Below are positions 22,902 through 33,636 of a stretch of DNA of 36,528 nt, piece after piece. Location: NCBI GenBank assembly GCA_002269645.1, contig NIVC01004736.1, positions 1-36,528 on the forward strand. Reading direction: 5' to 3'. The position numbers and the translations under genes were made by a program. The DNA is from Macrostomum lignano. Taxonomy: Eukaryota. Positions within the stretch are counted from its first letter, which is position 1. Every line of letters starts with the position of its first letter. The notes beneath the pieces are model-generated. The model was not told where the DNA came from. It saw nothing but the letters and a program-made list of their open reading frames with translations, and ran no database searches.

Positions 22902-24193
22902 AGAATCGCAGGCGCAGCACAGTCGGCCTCAATCACAAAATGATCCGCGACTTGCCGCTCCGCCAGGCCGCAGAGCTGGGCGCCCCGCAGCGCGCAGACG
23001 ACCCAGTCTCCGTCGTGGCGGCCGTCCAAGTCCTCCAGTCCGGTGTGCAGCAGCATCCGGTGCAGCTCGGTCTGCTGCCGAGGCGCCTCCAGCCAAAGCC
23101 GCCTTGGCGACGCAGCCAGGCTGAGTGCCAGGCGGCCCAGCAGCCGCTTCAGATTGGCGACGCTCAGCAGCTGGCAGGGCCGCTGGGCGCAGGCGGGCCG
23201 CACCAGCCGCAGGTCGGCCAGCATGATGCAGCCGTCCCACATGCAGTAGGTGAGCGCCGCGGTGCCCTGAAGGCGGCAGTCGCAGGCCGCGCAGGTCAGG
23301 GCGAACCGCCGCCCGGCCTCCAGCCCGCCCGACAGCCGGCCGTCGCAGTCCCGCAGCTCCAGGCTGAGGCCGGCGGGCAGCGGCCGGCGACCCGCCCGAA
23401 GCATCGAGTTCACGAACTTGGCCGGCCACAGCTCGAAGAAGCCGATGTTCTCCGTATCGCTCAGGAATTCGAACCCCAGACGTCTGTAGCAGTTCACGGC
23501 CGGCGCGTTGCTGCGCTGCACCAGCAGCTTCAGGTGGCCGAAGCCGGAGGAGGCGGCGAGGCGGCCCAGCGTGGCCAGCAGCGACTGGCCGACCTGCGGG
23601 TTGCCAACCAGAGTTGCAGTTGGTCCAGCGAGATTTGGCGGCCCAATCACTGATGACCCGAATGAGGCAGCGGCCCAGTCACTGAGGACCCGAATGAGGC
23701 AGCGGCCCAGTCACTGAGGACCCGAATGAGGCAGCGGCCCAGTCACTGAGGACCCGAATGAGGCAGTGGCCCAGTCACTGAGGACCCGAATGAGGCAGCG
23801 GCCCAATCACTGAGGACCCGAATGAGGCAGCGGCCCAGTCACTGAGGACCCAAATGAGGCAGCGGCCCAATCACTGAGGACCCCAAGAAGCCTCACCCTG
23901 TGCCGCCGGTAGTCCAGCTCCACAAAGAGGCTCTGCACATAGAAGCCGGGCTCGGGCTGGCTGTGCATGTAAGACGGCGTGTACAGCAGGAAGCCGACCA
24001 CCCGGCCGGACTGGCAGTCGGCGGCGACCAGCAGTTTGAGCAGGCCGGCCAGCAGCATCCGGTGGTGCTCATCGCACTCGATCCGGCAGTACAGCTGCAT
24101 GCCATTGTGGCTGTTCGCCAGCTCCAGCTCCTGCGCGGCCACCGCCTCGATGTCGTCCGCCGTGCCGCGTCTAATTTGTATCTGAGTTTCCAT
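22898..24193 (-). CDS. Tandem double-GNAT SSAT-like acetyltransferase, copy B (2 exons, 330 aa)
   Basis: Exons 24193-23897 and 23593-22898 with a 303-nt phase-0 intron (AGG|GTGAGG ... CCGCAG|GTC). IRRGTADDI, ELA, VVGFLLY, FYVQSLFVELDYR, VGQSLL and NAPAVNCYRRLG are colinear with SAT1/SAT2 as recalled. Confidence 0.88.
23638..23882. repeat. 32-bp minisatellite GAGGCAGCGGCCCAGTCACTGAGGACCCGAAT (about 7.5 copies) in the intron of copy B
   Basis: Tandem array filling most of the intron. Confidence 0.95.
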
Positions 24194-24199
24194 GGCAAC
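24186..24199. promoter_or_regulatory. RFX X-box-like motif GTTTCCATGGCAAC over the start codon of copy B
   Basis: Canonical X-box form whose central CAT is the start ATG on the minus strand. Confidence 0.5.
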
Positions 24200-24347
24200 C
24201 GGCTGACTGCAAATGCGGGATGTTGTTAATAATAATAATTTTTTATTCTAAGCATTTTGACTTGTTAGGCGCAACAGCCTACTAAAAGTAGAATTAGCTG
24301 CAGACAGTAAATTTTGCGTGTATTGTGGTGAGTTAAATACGTCTTGC

Positions 24348-25312
24348 CATGGATGGGTCAAAAGAATCAAGGATGGGTCATAAGGGTCAATGATGGGTCA
24401 TGAGAATCAAGGAAGGGTCATAAGGGTCAATGATGGGTCATGAGAATCAAGGATGGGTCATAAGGGTCAATGATGGGTCATGAGAATCAAGGATGGGTCA
24501 TGAGAATCAAGGATGGTTCATAAGAGTCAAGGATGGTTTATAAGAGTCAAGGATGGGTCATAAGAGTCAAAGATTATTTATAAGAGTCAATGATGGGTCA
24601 TAAGAGTCAATGATGGGTCATAAGAGTCAATGATGGGTCATAAGAGTCAATGATGGGTCATGAGAATCAAGGATGGGTCATAAGGGTCAATGATGGGTCA
24701 TGAGAATCAAGGATGGGTCATAAGAGTCAAGGATGGTTTATAAGAGTCAAGGATGGGTCATAAGAGTCAAAGATTATTTATAAGAGTCAATGATGGGTCA
24801 TAAGAGTCAATGATGGGTCATAAGAGTCAATGATGGGTCATAAGAGTCAATGATGGGTCATGAGAATCAAGGATGGGTCATAAGGGTCAATGATGGGTCA
24901 TGAGAATCAAGGATGGGTCATAAGAGTCAAGGATGGTTAATAAGAGTCAAGGATGGTTAATAAGAGTCAATGATGGGTCATAAGAGTCAAGGATGGTTCA
25001 TAAGAGTCAATGATGGGTCATAAGAGTCAATGATGGGTCACAAGAGTCAATGATGGGTCATAAGAGTCAAGGATGGGTCATAAGAGTCAAAGATGGTTCA
25101 TAAGAGTCAATGATGGGTCATGAGAATCAAGGATGAGTCATAAGGGTCAATGATGGGTCATGAGAATCAAGGATGGGTCATAAGAGTCAAGGATGGTTCA
25201 TAAGAGTCAATGATGGGTCATAAGAGTCAATGATGGGTCATAAGAGTCAATGATGGGTCATAAGAGTCAAGGATGGTTCATAAGAGACAAGGATGGTTCA
25301 TTAGTCAAGGGT
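24348..25312. repeat. 20-bp minisatellite GAGTCAA(T/G)GATGGGTCATAA (about 48 copies)
   Basis: Tandem array with duplicated variant blocks (AAGATTATTTA at about 24570 and 24770). Confidence 0.95.
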
Positions 25313-25742
25313 CAAGAATCAAGGACATTGCATGTAATGTGAGGTAGGTTAGTGCCACAAAAAACTAAAACTTCTGTTAAGAAACAGGTTAAAGTCAGAA
25401 AATAAAGTTGAACATATTAAGGCACAGCAAGCGATCAGTTAGTAGAGTGCTTGATACGTTAAGAGAGCTACACTGGATTAGGCACAGCGCACTACTGTTA
25501 GAGCAATGTGTAAGTGTTAAAATTTAAGCATAAAAGGATATATTAAAACAGCGATTTAGTTTGAGCTGCTAAGCGATAGATCTGTGTTAAAGTTTGCATA
25601 AAAGATTACCAGAATAAGCGGAACCTACTCATAGTAGTATAGAAGTAAATCAAATACTGAAGATTAGCGTTGGTCCAACTGTAAAGTCAGGACTCGAACC
25701 CTAAGATGACCTGTGATCAGAGATAAGGAGATAATGAGTAAA

Positions 25743-26153
25743 CAGGACTCTCACAGTGGGGATCAGGACTCTCACATTGGGGATCAGGACTCTCACAATG
25801 GGGATCAGGACTCTCAAAGTGGGGATCAGGACTCTCACAGTGGGGATCAGGATTCTCACAATGGGGATCAGGACTCTCATAGTGGGGATCAGGACTCTCA
25901 CATTGGGGATCAGGACTCTCAAAGTGGGGATCAGGACTCTCACAGTGGGGATCAGGACTCTCACAGTGGGGATCAGGACTCTCACAGTGGGGATCAGGAC
26001 TCTCACAGTGGGGATCAAGACTCTCACATTGGGGATCAGGACTCTCACAGTGGGGATCAGAACTCTCACAGTGGGGATCAGGACTCTCACAGTGGGGATC
26101 AGGACTTTCACAGTGGGGATCAGGCCTCTCACAGTGGGGATCAGGACTCTCAC
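25743..26153. repeat. 21-bp minisatellite GGACTCTCACAGTGGGGATCA (about 19.5 copies)
   Basis: Tandem array ending 7 nt from the stop codon of copy A. Confidence 0.95.
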
Positions 26154-26160
26154 ATCTCTC

Positions 26161-27860
26161 TCAGTCAGACAGTGAATCCGGGCAGCCGGCCAGCTCCGGG
26201 TGCAGGCGGCAGTTCAGCGGCCTGTTGGCCAGCAGGTGCAGCGGCCGGCCGGCCAGCAGGCAGATCAGCCAGCCTTCATTGGCCGTGTTGTTCTCGAAGC
26301 CGGCGCGCATCAGCAGGTCATCGAGTCCGCCGGAAGTCGGTCGGTTGGCGACGGTGTCAACCCACACGATATGCGGCGACGGTAGGGTGGGCTTGTCGGC
26401 AGCGGCCAGCTGCAGCAGGCGGCCCATCAGGCACTTCAGCGAGGCGGAGCTGACGGCGCCGCACTCCGATGCGGCAGCGCAGACCGGCCTCTCGGCCGAC
26501 AAGTCGATCTGGGGGTTGGCAGTGGAAGCTGACGGGTTTCTGCATCTCCTGTGCTCAAGCCTCCTATGAGCACTCACCTGCACCGCCTCTCCCTCCCACA
26601 TGCAGTAGCTGAGCTCTCACCTGCACCGCCTCCCCCTCCCACATGCAGTAGCTGAGCTCTCACCTGCACCGCCTCCCCCTCCCACATGCAGTAGCTGAGC
26701 TCTCACCTGCACCGCCTCCCCCTCCCACATGCAGTAGCTGAGCTCTCACCTGCACCGCCTCTCCCTCTCACATGCAGTAGCTGAGCTCTCACCTGCACCG
26801 CCTCCCCCTCCCACATGCAGTAGCTGAGCTCTCACCTGCACCGCCTCCCCCTCCCACATGCAGCAGCTGAGCTCTCACCTGCACCGCCTCCCCCTCCCAC
26901 ATGCAGTAGCTGAGCTCTCACCTGCACCGCCTCCCCTCCCACATGCAGTAGCTGAGCTCTCACCTGCACCGCCTCTCCCTCTCACATGCAGTAGCTGAGC
27001 TCTCACCTGCACCGCCTCCCCCTCCCACATGCAGTAGCTGAGCTCGGAGGCGCCAAACAGGCGACAGTCGCAGCCGGAAGTCCGAAGTTCGAATCGCCTA
27101 CCGTCGGCGCCGTCGCAGGGCCGCAGGCGCAGGCTGGCTCCGTCTGGCAGCGGCTGCTCGGCTGCGGCCACCAGGCCAGCAACAAAGTCCACGTCATTCA
27201 TCTCAAAAAAGGCGACCCCCTCGGTCTCTGTGAGCACCTGGAAGCCAATGCGCTGGTACCAGGACAGAGCCTCGTTATCTGTGTGCACAATCAGCTTGAT
27301 GTGGTCGCAGCCGGTTGCCAAGGCCTGGCGAGCCAGAGCCACGAGTAGAGACTTGCCTACCTGCAAGTAGTAGTAGTATTAGTAGTAGTAGTTGTAGTAG
27401 CAGTAGTAGTAGCAGTAGTAGTAGTAGTAGTAGTATTAGTATTAGTAGTACTACTACTACTAGAAGTGTGCCTCTTATTACTACAAGTAGCTAGTTAAGC
27501 ACATCATAACAGCCTCACTGATCGCTCTCACCTTCAGCCCCGGTAGTCCTCGCACACGTACACAGCCTGCAGGTAGAGTCCTGGCCTAGGCTGCCTGTCC
27601 AGGTGGCACCGGGTGTACAGCGCGAATCCGGCCGGCCGTCCGGCTGCCTCGGCCACCAGAAGACGGGCCAGGCCGGACTGCAGCACCCGAAAGTGGTCGC
27701 TGGCGCCCATGTGGCAGAACGGCAGCATGCCCTCGTGGCTGACCGCCAAGTCGCGAACGCACAGCGCCACAAACTCCGCATCCTCCGCCGGCCTGCCGGG
27801 CCGCAGCTGCACCTGCCGTGGCAAATCAGCCGCCCTCGCCGTCGAGTCCTGCGTTTCCAT
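26161..27860 (-). CDS. Tandem double-GNAT SSAT-like acetyltransferase, copy A (3 exons, about 343 aa if a 1-nt deletion is corrected; otherwise a pseudogene)
   Basis: Exons 27860-27532, 27360-27007 and 26508-26161. Exon 1 is 329 nt and ends TAC CGG GGC TGA AG|GTGAG; one extra G gives YRGLK|VGKSLL, matching the paralogs. Other motifs: PAGFALY, DNEALSWYQRIGF, CDCRL..SYCMWEGE..|IDL, NEGW. Confidence 0.78.
26572..27045 (-). repeat. 43-bp tandem array made of the exon-2 3' end plus splice donor of copy A (11 copies)
   Basis: Minus-strand unit GAGCTCAGCTACTGCATGTGGGAGGGGGAGGCGGTGCAG|GTGA. CTCAC (plus strand) occurs at 26573, 26616, 26659, 26702, 26745, 26788, 26831, 26874, 26917, 26959 and 27002. 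Confidence 0.95.
27366..27462. repeat. (TAG)n/(TAC)n microsatellite in intron 1 of copy A
   Basis: Imperfect GTA run that flips to the TAC orientation at about 27450. Confidence 0.85.
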
Positions 27861-27867
27861 GGGCGAC
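27853..27867. promoter_or_regulatory. Variant 15-bp X-box-like motif GTTTCCATGGGCGAC over the start codon of copy A
   Basis: Minus strand GTCGCCCATGGAAAC, in the same position as in copy B. Confidence 0.3.
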
Positions 27868-27929
27868 CGCAGCTGAAAATTAGATTTGAGAAAAAGAATA
27901 GATTAGTAATTCAATATCGTTTATTCACT

Positions 27930-28506
27930 TTGGCTAGACTAGCAATCCACTCTAATCCCGCATCCATGATTGGCTAGACTAGCAATCCACTCTAATCCCG
28001 CATCCATGATTGGCTAGACTAGCAATCCACTCTAATCCCGCATCCATGATTGGCTAGACTAGCAATCCACTCTAATCCCGCATCCATGATTGGCTAGACT
28101 AGCAATCCACTCTAATCCCGCATCCATGATTGGCTAGACTAGCAATCCACTCTAATCCCGCATCCATGATTGGCTAGACTAGCAATCCACTCTAATCCCG
28201 CATCCATGATTGGCTAGACTAGCAATCCACTCTAATCCCGCATCCATGATTGGCTAGACTAGCAATCCACTCTAATCCCGCATCCGTGATTGGCTAGACT
28301 AGCAATCCACTCTAATCCCGCATCCGTGATTGGCTAGACTAGCAATCCACTCTAATCCCGCATCCATGATTGGCTAGACTAGCAATCCACTCTAATCCCG
28401 CACCATGATTGGCTAGACTAGCAATCCACTCTAATCCCGCATCCATGATTGGCTAGACTAGCAATCCACTCTAATCCCGCATCCATGATTGGCTAGACTA
28501 GCAATC
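27930..28506. repeat. 40-bp minisatellite GGCTAGACTAGCAATCCACTCTAATCCCGCATCCATGATT (about 14 copies) upstream of copy A
   Basis: Near-perfect tandem array starting about 70 nt upstream of the copy A ATG. Each unit junction reads AGCCAATCA on the minus strand. Confidence 0.95.
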
Positions 28507-29149
28507 ATCTCTAAACCCACACTAGCAGGTAAAGCTAAAAGAAGATCTCAGCAAGACCAACATTCAAAAAAAGTAAAAAAGCAGCCGAACCCAAAGCCGG
28601 GAAAGAGTTCGGGCAGGCTTACATAAACTGTTTATTTGTCTTAATAAACCTATCTAATCAAATAGGAACCGAGCAGGGCCTGATGTCCGACTGGCTACAA
28701 GGCAGCGGGATGAGAAACTGAAAACTCAAAAATGATGAGAGAAATAGAGAATTTCGATAATTGCGTTTAAACTGGAAGGCTGCGTGCCAGTGTGAAATGT
28801 ACGCCATTGTGAAGCATTGCTGGCAGAAATGCACTGTTTAATAACAATACATATAATATAACTTTTGCTAAATATTTTTACAGACCAGATTAACAAAAAC
28901 GAGTTTGAATTTTTTTTCTCAAAAAGTTGGCGATTAACAGAAATGCATCAGCTGAGAACATCTGCCGCTTCTAGAAGACAGGGAGAGCCGCAATGACAGC
29001 CGAAATGCCAGCAAACAAGAGGAATTAAAACGGAATTTTCCTACCTGGATAAAATCAACCAGTCCGGTTGGCAAAGCCTAAACGCATCTGAACTCCAAAC
29101 AAAAACAGAATTGAAAACAGCGAACACGGACCCAGCCGAGCCGGGGTCA

Positions 29150-29248
29150 CTAGGGGAGCAGCCAGTCGCCCTGCTGAGACCAGATCTGCTCCAGCGGGAA
29201 CAGCTCCTCCAGCTCCAGCAGCGGCCCCACAGCCGGCAGCTGAGGCTC
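29150..29248 (-). CDS. Possible orphan terminal exon (EPQLPAVGPLLELEELFPLEQIWSQQGDWLLP*)
   Basis: Acceptor TCTTTCGATTGCAG| followed by 33 coding-like codons ending in TAG. The parent gene is unknown. Confidence 0.3.
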   Translation of the reverse strand, partial: EPQLPAVGPLLELEELFPLEQIWSQQGDWLLP

Positions 29249-29727
29249 CTGCAATCGAAAGATTGAAGCTTGTTGGTGTTTGCAAAAATTGCTAACTGGT
29301 TATGAAGTGAACACATCTTTCAAAGTGAACAATTGAAAGTGTCTGCTTTACGAAGTGGCCCGCACACTTGCGGCCTTCGGGAAGCCAGGGAGATAGCAGT
29401 GGATCGGGTTTCATTTGTTGCCCACGCCAGGGAAAGCACAAACTTGGCCAATTAATTAATTGGTAAGGCAGCCCTGTGCCACCCAGCCAGCCACTTGATT
29501 TACAATGCATGCATAAACAATGCGGCCAACACAACATGTTCGCATCGGATTGTGGAATTGGTGAAATGGAGAGCTGGGTTGTCTCATGTGAGCTGGGCTG
29601 CGGGTGTTTACTGCCGTGTGAATAGCTTAGTAATAAAGTGAAAAACAACAGTATACTTTATTTTAACTGCATTTAATTGCTGGGACACGGCAGCAATTGA
29701 TAAAACGCAATTAGATAGATATGCAGA

Positions 29728-29797
29728 ATGACAGACAGACATGGACAGACAGACATGGACAGACAGACATACAGACAGACAGACATGGACAGACATG

Positions 29798-29829
<32 letters not shown>

Positions 29830-29913
29830 CACACACACAGAAAGACAGACAGACAGACATACAGACAGACACAGACAGACAGACAGACAGACAGACAGGC
29901 AGACAGACAGACA
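29728..29913. repeat. (GACA)n microsatellite with GACAT(G) interruptions
   Basis: Direct reading of the sequence. Confidence 0.95.
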
Positions 29914-30918
29914 CGGCAAGGCCAGGCAAAGTCAGCCGCAGTCGGCACCAACTTTCGCTCCACTGGTTGGGGCCGGGAGGAAACCCGAGCTCAGCGCGGC
30001 AGCGCAACCCTAAAAAAGCAGGCAGGCGCAGATGCGCGCAGCCGGAGGAAAGATGAGACGGCCGGTGTCCGATTGCCAGGCAGTCCCAGCCCCAGCCCGG
30101 CCAGCCGGGACCACCCGCAACAGTTGCGAGGCCGCAGCTCGCCTTAGCAACAATAATATTAGGGGAGAAAAGTCGGCAGCGCAGCTTTAACCTTCTCCGA
30201 TCTGAGATCCCCAGCCCAATTCAGGCAGAAATCCCATTTTCACCTGCAAAAAAGAAGCAGCCCCCCAAGCCCCAGATTTATTCCCGCCAGAAGTCGAGCG
30301 GTGACGCAACCCCTTCCCGAGCAAGCAGATGTCAGCTCCCGGCCCCTGACCCACCTGGCAGGAATGGAACTCTGGGAGGGAGCAATCAGTCTGCTTACAG
30401 AAGATGGGGTTAGGAGGAAAAAAAGAGATTTAATTCCTCAAAACCGCCCAGAGACCCGCAGGACCCGTTGCGCAATCAAACTGGTTCGGGGATAAATTAT
30501 CCATTTACTTTAATTCGTTTGCTCAGAGGATCAGTGAAGTGGAAGCCAACAGTCCCGCAGCGCCCACCCCAGCACGGGTGTGAAATAAAAAGTCAATGGG
30601 CTGAATAGGGAATTGCTTGGGGACAGTGAATAGGTGTCGGGATTACGGACTCCCCGGGGAGACAAATCTATCAGACGGCTCTATTCGGCAAGTGGCGGGC
30701 CAGTCTGGGAGAAGCTGGATGCTGCTCCCTTCATCAGTTTCCCTTGATTACGAAGGTAAACAGTTTAGGCCGAACTATAGCGAGCGACTTCAAGTTTTCT
30801 TATGCTAAGAGAAAAACAGTTGAAAAATCTGAAGGCAAATAAAGGCACCCAGTCAATGATTAATTCGCTATATCAAGTTCTATATCCGTTTCAGTGCACG
30901 GATGAAAAAACCTTTGAA

Positions 30919-31584
30919 ACAGCAGCACCCACTGAAGCTCAGGAGGGGGAACAGCAGCACCCACTGAAGCTCAGTGGGAGAAGCAGCACCAACTGAAGCT
31001 CAGGAGGGGGAACAGCAGCACCCACTGAAGCTCAGGAGGGGAAACAGCAGCACCCACTGAAGCTCAGGAGGGGGAACAGCAGCACCCACTGAAGCTCAGG
31101 AGGGAACACCAGCACCCACTGAAGCTCAGGAGGGGGAACAGCAGCACCCACTGAAGCTCAGGAGGGGGAACAGCAGCACCCACTGAAGCTCAGGAGGGGG
31201 AACAGCAGCACCCACTGAAGCTCAGGAGGGAACACCAGCACCAACTGAAGCTCAGGAGGGGAACAGCAGCACCCACTGAAGCTCAGGAGGGGGAACAGCA
31301 GCACCCACTGAAGCTCAGGAGGGGGAACAGCAGCACCCACTGAAGCTCAGGAGGGGGAACAGCAGCACCCACTGAAGCTCAGGAGGGGGAACAGCAGCAC
31401 CCACTGAAGCTCAGGAGGGGAACAGCAGCACCCACTGAAGCTCAAGAGGGGAACAGCAGCACCCACTGAAGCTCAGGAGGGGGAACAGCAGCACCCACTG
31501 AAGCTCAGGAGGGGAACAGCAGCACCCACTGAAGCTCAGTGGGAGAAGCAGCACCAACTGAAGCTCAGTGGGGAGAAGCAGCGG
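30919..31584. repeat. 32-bp minisatellite CAGCAGCACCCACTGAAGCTCAGGAGGGGGAA (about 21 copies)
   Basis: Tandem array with variable G-run length. Confidence 0.95.
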
Positions 31585-31914
31585 CACCTACCAAGCAGAG
31601 GTACAGGACCTTCGGAATAAGACAATAAACTTGTATACTAATGTCCACACAAAACCAACAATTTGAGCATCGCAAGTAAACAAAAAATATTTCCAAAGCA
31701 TAAAATTGATTTAAAATCCCAAGACGCAGCTGCTTTTTCGAATTTAGTTAAAATGCAAAGCACAGCACATTTCGAAATATATTGGTATGGTGCAAATATT
31801 GGCAGACACTGGCAGTAATAGTAAACTAAGAGTATAAGATTATATACAATAGAATTTATGCTGCAAAGTGAAAGAGCAAGCGGTCAATTATCTATCAAGC
31901 AAATCCTCCTGACT

Positions 31915-33636
31915 TCAAGGCTTCAACCGAGCGGAGCTCAGCAGGCCTTCGGACCGAAGCAGGCGGGCCTTCATGGACGACGGCGAGATCAGAAGCCGCG
32001 GCCAGCGCCGGCCGACTCCGCCGCTACCGCTGCCGCCGCTGCCGCCGCTGCCGCCGCCGTTCTGCCGACGAACTCCCCGAAGCCGGAGGGCGCGCAGGCT
32101 GTCGCGGGGCGAGAAGCCGCTGCCGCCGCCGCCGCTGGACGGCGACTCGTCGAATCCGCGGCGACCACCGCCAACTCGGCGACATCGCAGGAGGCGCCGT
32201 CGGCGAGAATCACCGGGACGGCACCGAGACGGCGGCGTCGACACTTCCAGACTGGACGGCGGGGAGGACGGCGAAGTCAGCGAAGGCGGCGAGGCAGAGC
32301 TGGACGAGCTGGGCGACTTTGGCGGTTCCTGGCCGCCAAGCCGGCTCAGCAGAAACTGCCGGAACCGCCGGCCCTCGGCGGCGTCGGGCTCGGCCGGGAC
32401 GGCGTCTGCAGCAACCGTCGCGGCGGGACTCTGCGCTGACGGACGGCGGCCGCCGATGAGCGGCGCGGCACGCCTGCCAGCGGCGGCGGCGGCCACCAGG
32501 TTGCGCAATGAGGTGGCCAACGGGGCCGAGCCGCCGCTGTCGACGATGCCGACGACGCCGAGAACGGAGATGCCTGGCCGCGCCGGCTGCCAGGGCTGCG
32601 CGAGCGCGACCTGCTGGCGAAGCGGCCGACAGCGGCTCGGAGGGCGGCAAAGGAGCCGCCGCTGCCGCTGCAGCTGCCGCTCCGTCCGCGCTTCCCAGCC
32701 TCAACAGCCGGAGGCGGAGGCTCCACCGCTGTCACCGAGTCGATGGCGCCGAGCGCTTGGTGATGCCGGACCAGCAAGGCGGCGGCGGCGTTCAGCCGGG
32801 CAACGGCGTCTCGAGGCGAAGCCGGCGGCAGCAACGGCGAGGCTGCGGAGGCGGCAGCCGCTGCGCCCACGTGTCGCAGAAGGCAGGGCCCGAGGCAGGT
32901 GGCCAGATTGTCAGCGTCCATGCGGTTGGAGGCGGAGTGCCGAGCCACCTGGCCAGGTGATTGATGGGGTTGAGAAAGGAGGAATTAATTAGAGTCAAAC
33001 AAAGGAATTGTTAGAGAACTGAAAAATCAGAAATGGAATTCGCAGCTGCCTCACCTTGGCCAGAAATTCGCACAGATGCCGCAGCGCCCGCAGTTGGCTT
33101 GGCGACACGGCCGGAGGTCGGCATCGCCGGCGCAGCAGGTCGCGAGCTCGAGCCCCATCGTCGTCGGCAACACCGACAGCGGCAGCCTCGGCGAGCTCCT
33201 GGGCGATCGCTGGCGGCAGCAGCGGCTCGGGCAGCTCGCGGAGCCACGCCTTCAGAGCGCAGGCGACGTCCCTCGGCGGCGTCGCTTCGCCGACCCCGGC
33301 GCCGGCATCGAGTTGACGACGCAGCTCGACGAGGCGCGACCGCGGCGCCTCAACGCGGAACAGGCCCTCGTCTGTCACGTGACTGGCCAGATGGTCACAG
33401 CAGGCGGCCAGGATGGCTGGCACCGCGCCAAGTCCCGGCACCTCCGTTGTTGGCTGCAGTTCCAATGGTCGGCCGAAAAACTTGCCGTCGCTAGAGACGC
33501 TGTTGCCATGGCAACAGAACGAACGCTGCAGCTGGTGCTGCTGGTTCAGCTTCGGCCGGCTTGGCAGGCGAAGCAGCCCGGCAAGAAACTGCGGAGGCTG
33601 CGCGGCTGACTTCTGCTTCATCAATGGCGACTCCAT
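31915..33636 (-). CDS. RhoGAP-domain protein, by eye closest to the ARHGAP11A family (2 exons; apparent 1-nt frameshift near 32530)
   Basis: Exon 33636-33055, intron 33054-32949 (AAG|GTGAGG ... GCCAG|GTG), exon 2 from 32948. Motifs: KFFGRPL, VPAILAACC, EGLFR (arginine finger), DVACALKAWLRELPEPLLP and NRMDADNLATCLGPCL. The frame of the C-terminal low-complexity tail is uncertain. Confidence 0.85.
33502..33515. promoter_or_regulatory. Perfectly palindromic X-box-like motif GTTGCCATGGCAAC in RhoGAP exon 1
   Basis: Exact RFX palindrome about 120 nt downstream of the predicted ATG. Confidence 0.4.

Noticed and set aside
25685-25702. B-box-like GGTTCGAGTCC on the minus strand (tRNA or SINE)
   Set aside because: No A-box or cloverleaf was found at the right spacing.
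26572-28506. 43-bp and 40-bp arrays as CRISPR arrays
   Set aside because: The units are head-to-tail with no unique spacers, there are no cas genes, and the context is eukaryotic.
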